Of a stretch of 60,000 nt of DNA, positions 39,639 through 51,499 are shown in pieces (position 1 is the first letter of the stretch; each line of letters opens with the position of its first letter). This stretch comes from Felis catus (Eukaryota). The translations under genes were made by a program, and so were the position numbers. The notes beneath the pieces are model-generated. The model searched no databases, had not been told where the DNA came from, and saw only the letters and a program-made list of their open reading frames with translations. The stretch lies in assembly GCF_018350175.1 (NCBI RefSeq), contig NC_058369.1:6016001-6076000 (forward strand), given 5' to 3'.

Positions 39639-41671
39639 ATGCGCCACTCCAGGGATGGCTCGGCAGCCGGGCACCCTGGGCGAGGCCGGGTTGGGAATCG
39701 GATCTTGGGGAGGGCGGCAGGGGCTGGCCCTCTCTGGTCTTGGCTTGGGCAGACTCTGATTGTCTCTCTGCCCATTCACAGGAGGAAGGGCTGATAACCA
39801 GCGGGACCACTTGTCCCCAAAGACTTTGGATTCCGACAATCCGTGGTTTCCAGAACTTCACAGGTACAACAGGGTTAGGGCACGGAGCGCAGGTGACCAA
39901 CACTGCCAGGCTCTTGGGCCCCGGGAGGTGGGGGCTGGGGGACAGGCTTCCCTGGGGCAGGCGGAGGCAGGAACACAGGTATGCTGGAAGCACCCATCCT
40001 CCGCTCCCTCAGGGTGTCTGTTCTTCCCTCTCCTGCTCTTTACTGGGCTGCTGTGGCTGTCCTTGTCCAAGGTCAGCTATAGGCCCCCAGGGCCACGGGC
40101 TTCCAAGCCTGGTCTTTGGTGGCAGACATTGCCTGGGCCGGGAGGGGGGCACTTCCCAGAGAGAGATGGGGCTGTTTTCCCGGTCAGCTGCCCTCCCTGG
40201 TGGCCCGCCCAGAGCCTCTCCCCACTCTGGTGCAGGGGCAGGGAGGGAAGGGGTGGAGGAGGCTCCACCCCCACCCTCCTCGTGCATCTTCAGAGGGGAT
40301 GAACCAAGATCTAGACTGAGAAACAAGCTCCCTGAGGGCCCAGTGTGGGGCGTGCACACAGCAGGCACTACAGTCTCTTGTTCTGAGCTCCCTGCTTGTC
40401 CCAGTCTGGAAGAGATGGGGGTCGGGACTCCAGAGTTCTCCTGGGCTGGGGGGCGGGCCGGAAGTAGGGAGGGAAATGGGCCGTTCGTTCGGGGTGTAGA
40501 ATCCAGGACAGACTCCCAACCCTCGAGGGACTGAAGAGCGGGCAGACACAGGGATAGGGGTGTCCTGAGTCCCAGCCCTGTCCCACCTGCCCCGACAGCC
40601 TGCCTGTGCCGGTCCAGCCCTGGGAGTGGACATTCTTCCAGGGAACCGATTACTTCTCCAGTTCCCATCACAACGGACACAATTCTGTCACTGCCTGCCA
40701 GGAAGTGGGGACTTGATTCATCGTAATTGCAACTGCCCCGGGGGGCGGGGAAGTTGCCTGGGTGGCTCAGTCGGTTAGGCATCTTGATTTAGGCTCAGGT
40801 CAGGATCTCACCGTTTGTGGGTTGGAGCCCTGTGTCGGGCCCTGTGCTGACAGAGCGGAGCCGACTTGGGATTCTCTCTCCCTCTCTTGCTCTCTCTCTG
40901 CCCCTCCCCCCCCCTTGTGCATGCACTCTCTCTCTCAAAATAAATAAACATTAAAAAAAAAAAAAATGCCGGGGAGCAGGTCTGCCTGTCCAGGGAGCCA
41001 CCGTGACCCTGGGGCATGCACCTGGCCACAGGATTTTCTGGAAGACAGGCTGTTTGCTCCACTTGGAAAGGTGAGGGAGAGAAGGAAACGAACCAGGCAC
41101 CCGGCAAGCAGGTGCAACACTTGTGTTTGGGGAACGCCTAAACCGGAAACAAGCCCCAGGCAAACGAACTAACGTTTAACGACCTGCGCTCTGCAGGGGG
41201 GACGGGGTGGGGTGGTGACAGGGGAAGCGTCCGCCAGTCTCCCTCGTGTACATCCTGCCGCTGTGGCTGATTCCAAGCTCTTAACATGATGCCCCTCCAC
41301 GCGGAGCTGAACAGAGACCGGCTCTCAGGGACTGGCGCGTTTTGCTTCCAGCACGCGAACCCGAGTCGTGAGTAAATTCGCGAGTAGTCCGTCCTGGGCG
41401 CCTGGGAGACACTTGCGCACGCCTGGTGACCCAGTGTGTGTGATGGCAGAGCTGCTCAGGCCAGAGGGTCAGACTGAAAGAACTTCCTGCCAAGTGCCTA
41501 GGGAGACGCTGAGCCCAAGAAGTGGGGGGTCAGAGCCCCCTCCGGACTCCTCTCCAGACACCAGAACTTTCTGCCGCTGCAGACTTTTCAAGAGTAACCG
41601 CTTCACCTGCCGGGGGCTCTCAGACGTGGAACAGAAGCCACTGGATGGACAAATCACCCCGTGCTGCCCAG
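39639..41671 (+). pseudogene. Unprocessed CD209/CLEC4M-type pseudogene. Exon remnants: 39639-39679, 39782-39863, 40013-40071, 40599-40979 (split by a SINE), 41565-41671
   Basis: Remnants read MRHSRD..., EEGLITSG..(DFGFRQ)..RGFQNFTG, GCL..LLLFTGLL(VAVLVQ), [38 protein letters not shown] and NFLPLQ..KSNRFTCRGLSD..W.D.SP, matching human CD209/CLEC4M exons. Lesions: frameshifts, an in-frame TGA, GT>GC donors at 39680 and 41672, and a SINE insertion. No neck exon or EPN exon was recognised. Confidence 0.88.
40755..40966 (+). mobile_element. CanSINE inserted in a CRD exon of the CD209-like pseudogene
   Basis: SINE head, (CT)n and A-tail. The exon resumes with ..ggggagcag|gt at 40971-40981. Confidence 0.88.
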
Positions 41672-41960
41672 GCGAGTCTCGGGAGAAGGAAACGCTCTAG
41701 TGGGGGTGAGGGTGCGAAACCCTGACATGAGCTTTACCCGGGGATCCTCCCCGGGCTCCCTGACCCCGTAGGCCTAAGAATCTGGGATTTCTACTGAGTC
41801 GAGGAAGGCGGTGCTCACATACTCCGGCTCAGATAGGTTGCCGGGTGCCCCAAATTCTACCATCAGAGCTCCAGCCAGGATGAGCTTGCAGTCCAGGTGA
41901 ATGCTTGAAAAAAACTTTTTTAAGTTTATTTGTTTACTTAGAGAGAGGAAGCTGGGTAAG

Positions 41961-41996
<36 letters not shown>

Positions 41997-42313
41997 CCCA
42001 AGCAGGCCCCGCACTGTCAGCGCAGAGCCCGATGTGGGGCTCGAACCCACGAACCGTGAGATCGTGACCTGAGCCTAAATCGAGAGTCAGACGCTTAACT
42101 GACTGAGCCACCCAGGTGCCCCTGAGTGCTGTAAAATATAGCATATTGGGGCACCTGGGTGGCCCTGTCGGCTAAGCGTCCACCTTCGGCTCAGGTCACG
42201 ATCTCACGGTCCGTGAGTTCAAGCCCCGCATCAAGGTCTGTGCTGACAGCTCAGAGCCTGGAGCCTGCTTCGGATTCTGCGTCTCCCTCTCTCTGTCCCT
42301 CCGCTGCTGACAT

Positions 42314-42348
<35 letters not shown>

Positions 42349-44648
42349 AATAAACATTAAAAACATTGAACACCATGGTAACAACCACTGTAGGCAAAAC
42401 CCACAGACAGATGCTTATAGTTAACATGTGCTACTCTAATGAGAGAAGCAGGATATTTGCATAACTTCCAATTTGTGTTATCTCCCCCGAAAAATATTTA
42501 TTAATTACTATGCTGGTTTTAACATGGGTTCGCATGGGGCACCTGGGTGGCTCAGTCGGTTGAGCATCCGACTTCAGCTCAGGTCACGATCTCACGGTTC
42601 ATGAGTTCGAGCCCTGCGTCGGGCTCTGTGCTGATGGCTTAGAGCCTGGAGCCTGCTTCGGATTCTGTCTCTCCCTCTCTCTCTGCCCCTCCCCCCACTT
42701 GTGCTCTGTCTCTCAAAAATAAATAAATGTAAAAAAATAAATAAAAAAAACCACAGGTTCACACACGTAAAAAAAACAATTTTTTTAAGTTTTTATTTAT
42801 TTTTGAGAGAGAGAGAGAGCTAACAGGGGAGGGGCAGAGAGAGAATCCCAAGCAGAGTCCAGAGTCAGCCCAGAGCCTAATGTGGGGCTTAAACCCATGA
42901 ACCATGAGATTGTGACCTGAGTTGAAATCAAGTTGGACACTTAACCAACTGAGCCACCCAGGCACCCCTGTTTACACATTTTTTAAAAGTGCTTCCTGTG
43001 GGAGGAGGGAATTAATTCTCTTCCCCTTGGAGTGGGGCCGGCTTAGGGACTCACCTCATAGGAATAAAGCAGTGTTTATCAACCTTGTTTTAAATTTTGC
43101 ACACCCCCCCCCCGCCACCACCAAATAGCCTTTTAAATATTTTCCCTCCTTGCCCCCTTATAGCCAATATTAAGAAGTAAGGGGTGCCTGGGTGGCTCAG
43201 TCAGTTAAGCGATCAACTTTGCCTCAGGTCATGATCTTGCAGGCCCCGTGAGTTCGAGCCCAGCGTCGGGCTCTGTGCTGACAGCTCAGAGCCTGGAATC
43301 TGCTTCGGATTCTGTGTCTCCCTGTCTCTCTGCCCCTCCCCCGCTCGTGCTCTGTCTCTCTCACTCTCAAAAATAAACACACACACAATTTTTTTTTTTT
43401 AATAAGGTCATGAGGACGGACCCTAACCCAGTATGACTGGGGTCCTTATCAGAGGAGGTTAGGACACAGACGCGCACAGAGGGACGATCGTGTGAGGACA
43501 CAGGGAGGAGACGGCGTCTATGCCCCCACGAGAGACGCCTCGGAAGGAACCAGACCAACTTGCCCAGGGCTGGACCTCAGACTTCCAGCCTCCAGAGCCG
43601 TGAGACAACACGTGTCCGGTGTGTTAGCCGCCCTGCGTGTGGTCCTTTGTCGCGGCAGTCCTGGGAGGCTAACGTGGGGTCTGGACTCAATGCCACGTGG
43701 GGTCCTGGATTCATTCCTGGAACGGGAAAAGGACACCCGTGGAAAAACGTGGAACACAAACGAAGCCTTTTGTTTCGCTAATGGTATTGCACCAATGTTC
43801 CTTTCCTCTTTTTGACAAGTGACAGTAATTTAAGATGTTAACAGGAGAGGAAGCTGAGTTAAGTGTATACGGAACTTCCTGCATTATCTTTGCAATTAAT
43901 CTGTAAATCCAAATGGTTGCACAACAGCGTGAATGTGATTGATGCTGCTGAGCTGTGTGCTTAAAAAATGATTAAGACAAAAAATTCTATGTCGTATGTG
44001 TGTCTTTTACCACAATAAAACAACTCTGTCAAAAATCTACTTGGGATGTTTAGGGACGCCCGGGTGGCTCAGTCAGTTGAGCGTCCGACTTTGGCTCAGA
44101 TCACGGTCTCGAGGTTCATGAGTTCGAGCCCCCCGTCAGGCTCTGTGCTGACAGCTCGGAGCCTGGCGCCTGCTTTGGATTCTGTGTCTCGCTCTCTCTC
44201 TGCCCCCCCCCCCACGCGTGCTCTGTCTCGTCCCTCTCTCCCAGAAAAAGAGAGAAATATTAAAAAATGTTTTTAAAAATCTACTTGGGATTTTTATTGG
44301 GATGCTACTGAATTTATAAGTTAATTTGGGAAGAATTAATATCCAAGAGTTTTTCTTATCTTGGGAAAAGGATGTTTTCCCTTCCTCATTCTTTTCCAAA
44401 CGCTCATTTGCTCAGACATAAGAAGGCCACGCCCTTTATAGATCAATCTTGCTTCACCCTATAATGAATCCAGATATTACATCCCTAGGACCTTTGAGAA
44501 AAGTAAGCAGGGCTGCAAAATACTGTCAACTTTTCAATATGTATAGGTCTCACTTATTTTTATTTTCCTATTGCATTGTCACCTTTATTTTCTTCTTGAT
44601 TGTTATCAGAAATGGTCCTCAGAATTCACAATTAAGGAAGACACTTCT

Positions 44649-45068
44649 TTTTTTAATTTTTTTTTAACGTTTATTTATTTTTGAGACAGAGAGAGACAGA
44701 GCATGAACAGGGGAGGGGCAGAGAGAGAGGGAGACCCAGAATCCGAAGCAGGCTCCAGGCTCTGAGCTGTCAGCACGGAGCCCGACGCGGGGCTCGAACT
44801 CACGGACCGCGAGATCGTGACCCGAGCCGAAGTTGGACGCTTCACCGACTGAGACCCCCAGGCACCTCAGAAGTGTCTTCCTTGGGGCGCCTGGGGGGGC
44901 TCAGTCGGTGAAGCGTCCAACTTCGGCTCGGGTCACGATCTCGCGGTCCATGAGTTCGAGCCCCGCGTCGGGCTCCGTGCTGACAGCTCAGAGCCTGGAG
45001 CCTGCTTCGGATTCTGGGTCTCCCTCTCTCCGAAAATAAATAATAAACATTAAAAATTTTTTTTAAAA
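44649..45068. mobile_element. Head-to-head inverted CanSINE pair forming a near-perfect palindrome
   Basis: Arms 44723-44853 and 44900-45030 are reverse complements with one mismatch seen by eye. Confidence 0.9.
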
Positions 45069-45427
45069 AGGAAGACACCGCTGTGGGTTCCTGGAAGTTG
45101 CTGCTTATCAAATTATGGAAGTTTTATCCTGTCCTTTGTTTAGTAAGCACAAATGCTTAGCTTTTTTTTTTTTCTTTTTTAATGAAGACTGAGTGTTGAA
45201 AAGATATATCTTGTAGTGTGGAGGAGGTAAAAGGTAAATTGTGGAAGGGTACAAAACAAGGGCACCACTTACAGAAAGCTTCTGGATGTGTAAAACCACC
45301 CAATATATTGTCTAAATGCGCAGTTGAAGTGGGTTTTAACATAGTAAACACCAAGTTTGAGATGGCAGTCGCCTGGGCGGAGAAAAGAGAGAAGGTGCAC
45401 AGGACTGCTGGTTACCATTTATTTACT

Positions 45428-46061
45428 ATCCGCCCCCACCGCCCCGCTCCCACTGAAAAGTTTTTCCGGGCCTTTTGGATCGAAGCAGGAATTGACGTGT
45501 CGGGCAGGGTGGTCCCATCATCCTTCTGCTGGGACCAACGCCATGACCTCCTCTTTGATCGTTCCATGTCTGGCCCTCACACAGAGCGTCTGGACTTTCT
45601 CATCCGATGCCGAAGCCCGACCTACTCGGCACCACACAGAAGTCCAGGCCATACATACCGGTGCTTGGGTCCCCACATCGACGCGCTCCTGGATCCCCAC
45701 ACCAAAGTTTCTCGTGCCGGAGAAGTTAGTATTTCTCAACTCATGCTCCCACATCTTTAGAACTTTCTCGGGGATTTCTACAGCCTTGACCCCACGGACT
45801 GTGCAGTGCACGGCCATCTTTTTTTTCATTTTTCCTGCTGCCAAAGGCTCTGACGGCATATCCAGCTCTGGAGAGCACGGGGGTCTGGCCTGGGCACTGC
45901 TCCAGCACCCTGGCCACCCCGGTCAGTCTGTCTCCCCTCTCCCCACCCCCCCCCGACCCCCCGACCCCAGAGGTTGAGGCAAGAACTTGCAGATGAGAAG
46001 TTCGCACGTGGGATTCCCCTTTTCACCTTGATCCGCTACGGCGGAGATCAGGAAGAGAGAG
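45428..46061 (-). pseudogene. RPL11: RPL11 processed pseudogene
   Basis: Minus strand gives a 5'TOP-like tctctcttcc, then (M)ADQGEKGNP..., [32 protein letters not shown] and [43 protein letters not shown]. Intronless, frameshifted, ATG lost. TSD taccatttatttact (45413-45427) / tacaatttatttcct (46062-46076). Confidence 0.93.
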
Positions 46062-49000
46062 TACAATTTATTTCCTTTTAAGAGGATCCGAAATATGTGA
46101 CCAAGTCAAAACCTGGTGAAGCCGAGTGGAGATCGCGTGGGTTTTCGTGTTTCTACTTTTTCTCTGCATACCTTTGTGTGTGCTCACGTTTTCTCATAAC
46201 AAAAAAGCAAAGCCAAGACTGACAGCCACAGCCAATGCTTAACACAGCCTTTGCACTCAGCCAGGTTCCCTGGGGAGTGGCGAGCCTCCCGTCTCCAGAG
46301 AAAATGGAAGCCACAGAGTGGTCTTAGCCTTGGAGCTGAACCCTGGGACTTCTGCCTTCTTCCCACTTTATTTTTTACGTATTTCTTTTTTTAAGTTTAT
46401 TCCGAGAGTGTGTGTGTGTGCTCACGTGCGCATGTGAGTTGGGGGGAGAAGCAGGAGAGGGAGAGAATCCCAAGCAGGCTCCACGCTGTCAGCATAGAGC
46501 CTGGAACGGGGCTCGATCCCGTGAACTGCGAGATCATGACCTGAGCCGAAGTCGGATGCTCAACCGACTGAGCACCCTCAGGTGCCCCTGCTTAGTCCAA
46601 ACCCCTGGTCCCTGCTATTTGAGTCCTTGTGGGGTCCAGCCCCAGACTACTGCCCCTGAGTTAGTCTCAGCCTTTCCAAGAGTCCCACTCCCAAACTCTG
46701 CACGTGCTAATATCACAGTGGGGACGCTCCTTCATCCACACATTCCCTCCAGAATAATTCTGGCTCCTCCAGATGTCACCACCTCCTCCAGGAAGCCCTC
46801 CCAGATCCTCTAGGCTGAGTCAGATGCCTCCAGTGGTCCTCACGTTCCCTGTGCTTCTGAGACTCATGACATTGTTTTCAAATCCCTGGTCACATGTTCT
46901 GCCTCCCCACCCCAACCCAGTGGGTCTCCCTTCCCTCTTCTGGGTCCAGGGCTCTTTTGGGTCTGGGTGGTTAAAGGTCTGTGGCCAGCTTCATGCCAGG
47001 AACCTCCCTTTCCTTTTAATTCCCCTTTCAGTGAATTTTGGGCATGGGACAGGGGTGGGTCGCCTTCTGGTTGCCTCGCTGGGCTGGACAGCTTCCCCTG
47101 GCTCCCCAAGGCAGCTTCAGCCCCAGCCACATACAAAAGAGACCCAACTTCCTGCCTCTTGTGCCTTGGCCGTGCCCTCTGCATGACAGACCCTTCCTTT
47201 TTCTCTCGCCAGTGGACGTGTCCTCGATGCCCACTTCCAGAAGGCCACCTCTGCTCCTCCAAACAGCATTCACTGTTTCTCCCTCCATAAGGGCTGATGA
47301 ATCAATCCTATCTACCCCCTTTCCCAAGAACCTTATTCGGATGAGGTTGTGCAATCCTTTGCGGCTTTTTTTTTTTTTTTTCCTGTTTCCTCCCACTGAG
47401 CCCACGCCCCTCCTGAGTACTGCTGTCCTGGAGAGCCCCAGAAGGAGGGTGTGCCCTCCCAGAAAGTTCTGCCCCACAGTGAAATCCTGCTGCTAAGTCA
47501 GCTGTCGGTGCCTGTTGACGCGGGCTCCGTTTCTGATGAGAAAGGAAGCACGAGCCTTGCATCTCGGAAGAAGGGGACTTCTGAGAAAAGCAGCAAGACC
47601 CTCCCGTTTTTTGGGAAAAGAGACTTCCTCGGTCCTGAACTGTCCTCTGAGCATTGCTGACTTCTGGCGCCTGACTTCTTCCCCGCTCTGTGTCATGGGC
47701 ATCTACTCCGACCTCTGTGATGGTGTGTGACACACGGACTTAAACATCCGTACGTGGTGTCGTTGTGTGTGACTCACATCGATGTCACAGGACGGCGAGT
47801 CTCACGTGCTGCCTGGCGAGACCCTGGGTTACTGATATCCAGAGACTAGGTCTTCTCGTTCGTTTGCTTCAGAGTAGGTGGCCACCAAGTCTGACTTAGT
47901 GACAAGCACTCAGAGACACCATAAGGAAGATGGAAACACTAGCCATCACCCGGGAGATGATATTCGCATCTCTTATCCGTGATACATACAGACCTTCTGT
48001 AAACGAAACTTTTTTCTAATGTTTACTTTTGAGAGAGAGGGTGAGTACGGGGCGGGGCAGAGAGCGGGAGACACAGAACTGGAAGCAGGTCCAGGCTCTG
48101 AGCTGGCAGCACAGAGCCCGACGCGGGGCTCGAACTCGCAAACCCACGGGATCATGACCTGAGCCGAAGTCAGACGCTTAACGGACTGAGCCACCCAGGC
48201 ACCGCCCCAACCCCCCCCCCCCCCCCGAACTTCTATAAATGAATAAGAAAAAAACAAACCGCTTCCTGGAAACAATGGAGGAAAGATACAAACAATTTAC
48301 AGGAAAGCGAAACAGAAGAATGTATCAACATCCAGTGGATGCTCAAAATCTCGGGAGTTGGGAAACCATCTGAAGCCACAGTGAAATTCAATGAGAAGCA
48401 GTAAAAGTAGCTCCAAGTTTAAAGACTTTCTTGAACTAAGGAGCAGAGGGGAGAGAAGGAAGAGGGAGATAGAGAACAAGAGACTGAACATGAAGGAGTT
48501 AAGGATTTCACTTGATAAATCAGTTTTTTTTTTTTAAGTTTATTTTTTGAGAGAGAGCGAGCAGGGGAGGGGCAGAGAGAGAGGGAGAGAGAGAGAGAAT
48601 CCCAAGCAGTCTCCAGCTCTCAGCACGGAGCCTGATGTGGGGCTTGAACTCACAAACCGTGAGATCGTGACCCGAGCTGAAATCAAGAGCCGGACACTTA
48701 ACCAACTGAGCCAGCCAGGCGCCCCGATAAATTAGTTTTTAAAAACAAATACCAGACAGGGGCGCCTGGCTGGCTCAGTTGGTGGAGCATGTGACTGACC
48801 GACTCTTGATCTCAGGGTCATAGGTTCAAGCCCCACACTGGGTGTACAGATTACTTAAAAATAGTATCTTCTTTTGGGGTGCCTGGGTGGCTCAATTGGT
48901 TAAGCGTCCGACTTCGGCTCAGGTCATGGTCTCGTGGTTCATGGGTTCGAGCCCCGCATCGGGCTCTGTGCTGATGGCTCAGAGCCTGGAGCCTGCTTCC

Positions 49001-51499
49001 GATTCTGGGTCTCCCTCGCTCTCTGCCCCTCCCCCGCTCGTGCTCTGTCTCTCTTGTTCTCAAAAATAAATAAAACATAAAAAAGAAAAAAAATTTTTTA
49101 AAAAAGAAACTCTTCCTACCTGGATTTTCCCCCCAAAGTTTTGCTTTTCAAATATGTAGGTTTAGAGCCATCTGGGCTGGGATTGGCTGTCTTATTCACC
49201 ATTCCATGGCCAGGACCTTCAACAGGGCATGATACACGCTAGCAGTCAAATCTGTTGAATGAATTAATGAGGGGCTGCTGTGTGTGACCTACGAGGATGA
49301 GTACCAGGGATGGGGGTGGGGGTAGCAGGCCACTTGCTGGTAGAAGGACTGGAATCTTCTTCCTGCAAAGAAACACAGCATTGGCCTGCGGGTATCTGGG
49401 CCCAGAGAGGCTGTTTGTATCACTCACTGATCAGACCATGGTCACCAGGCTTCAGTAGCACCACCATATGTCTTGGAGAGAAACTGTGCAGGAGGGGACA
49501 GATAAAAGCCAATTTCCATTTGAGGGGAAAGGCCGTTCTGTTCCCTCTCCTCGGACATTTGGTTTTTCGGGCCCCTACAAATTCTTGGACAACTCAAGAG
49601 ACGAGAGAAAATCTGAGCTGCCTGCTAATAAGTAAGGGAGAAAGCCACTAATTAGAAAAAGAAATGAATTTATGGGACATTTTATTCTAGTAATGTAGTT
49701 ACTGGAATTCTCGGTTTAATGTCTGACTTCTATGACAGCTAAAATTTTGGCTTCGTATTCTTTTTTTTTTTTTTTTCAACATTTATTTATTTTTGCGACA
49801 GAGAGAGACAGAGCATGAACGGGGGAGGGGCAGAGAGAGAGGGAGACACAGAATCGGAAACAGGCTCCAGGCTCTGAGCCATCAGCCCAGAGCCTGACGC
49901 GGGGCTCGAACCCACGGACCGCGAGATCGTGACCTGGCTGAAGTCGGACGCTTAACCGACTGCGCCACCCAGGCGCCCCTGGCTTCGTATTCTTGACTGT
50001 ACTCCCAGCTCCCAGGCCCTAGGAGTCGTTAAATGGGTGTGTGTTACGTAAACAAGAGTAAGTCTGTGGGTTTTTCCTTGCTCACCGCACCCTAGCGCGT
50101 TCCTGTCGCCACGGGGCTCCCTCTGGCTGGCGTGTGTTTCTTCCAGTATGTTCAGGGCCATTCCCTCACTTCATTTAGATCTCTGCTTCGATGTTTCCCC
50201 TTCTTTCCTGGCTTTATTGAAGTACGGTTCACATGCCACACAATTCTCCCTTACCATTCAGTGGTTTTTATTATATTCACACGATTCTGCATCCGTCACT
50301 ACAACCAAAGTAAGAACATTTCATAATCCCCAGATCCCATGTACCCGTGGGCGCCTGGTAGGCTCACTCTTGATTTCAGCTCAGGTCATGATCCCCAGGT
50401 CATGGGATCGAACCCTGCCTGCATCAGGCTCTGTGTGGAGCCTGGAGCTTGCTTAAGATTCTCTCTCCCTCTCCCTCTGCCCCTCTCCCCCACTCACACA
50501 CTCTCTCTCTCTAAAATTAAAAAAGAAATGAATAAAGGGCGCCTGGGTGGCGCAGTCGGTTAAGCGTCCGACTTCAGCCAGGTCACGATCTCGCGGTCCG
50601 TGAGTTCGAGCCCCGCGTCAGGCTCTGGGCTGATGGCTCAGAGCCTGGAGCCTGTTTCCGATTCTGTGTCTCCCTCTCTCTCTGCCCCTCCCCCGTTCAT
50701 GCTCTGTCTCTCTCTGTCCCAAAAATAAATAAACGTTGAAAAAAAAATTTAAAAAAGAAATGAATGAATCTATAAAGAATTCATGTACCCTTTAACCATC
50801 ACCTTTTTGTTTTTAAGATTTTTTAACGTTTATTTATTATTATTTTTTTTTTTTGAGAGAGACAGAGACAGAGCATGGGGGGGGGGGGGCGGAGGGGCAG
50901 AGAGAGAGAGGGAGACACAGACTCTGAAACAGGCTCCAGGCTCCGAGCTGTCCGCACAGAGCCTTGACGCGGTGCTGGAGCCACCCAGTGCCCCAACCAT
51001 CACCTTCTAGTTTCCCCCATCACTCCCAGCCCTAGGCAACCACCAGTTAAGTTTCTGTTTCTATAGGTTTCCCTCTTCTGGACACGTCATAAAAATGGAG
51101 TCACACAATCTGTGGCCTTTTGTGTCTGGCTTCTTTCATTTTGCATGTTTTCGAGGTTCATCCACTTTATAGCACCTATCGGCGCTTGGTTCCTTTCTAG
51201 GGCTGAATAATAGTCCCCATCGGATGGATATACCGCACTGTATTTGTCCATTCACCAGTTGATGGACATTCGGCTCAGTTCCACTTTTTGGTCATTCGGA
51301 ACCATGCCGCTGTGAACATGCATCCCCAAGGTTTTGTGCGGACGTGTTTTCAATTCTCTTGGGTAGATACCTAGGAGTGGAATTGCTGGGTCCCCGGCGC
51401 ATATTTGTCCATATGTTTACGGTCTTTCCTTTCCCAAGATTGTGATCTCCATAAAAACCGATATTGTTGCCCATTTTGGACCTTGCTGAATCTCCAGTG

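Noticed and set aside
39554..40534. 326-aa ORF over the pseudogene
   Set aside because: It runs through introns and only the exon-2 portion is lectin-like; the TM exon is in another frame.
41915..42363. Another head-to-head SINE pair
   Set aside because: The arms are different subtypes, not homogenised, and the spacer shows no inverted TSD.
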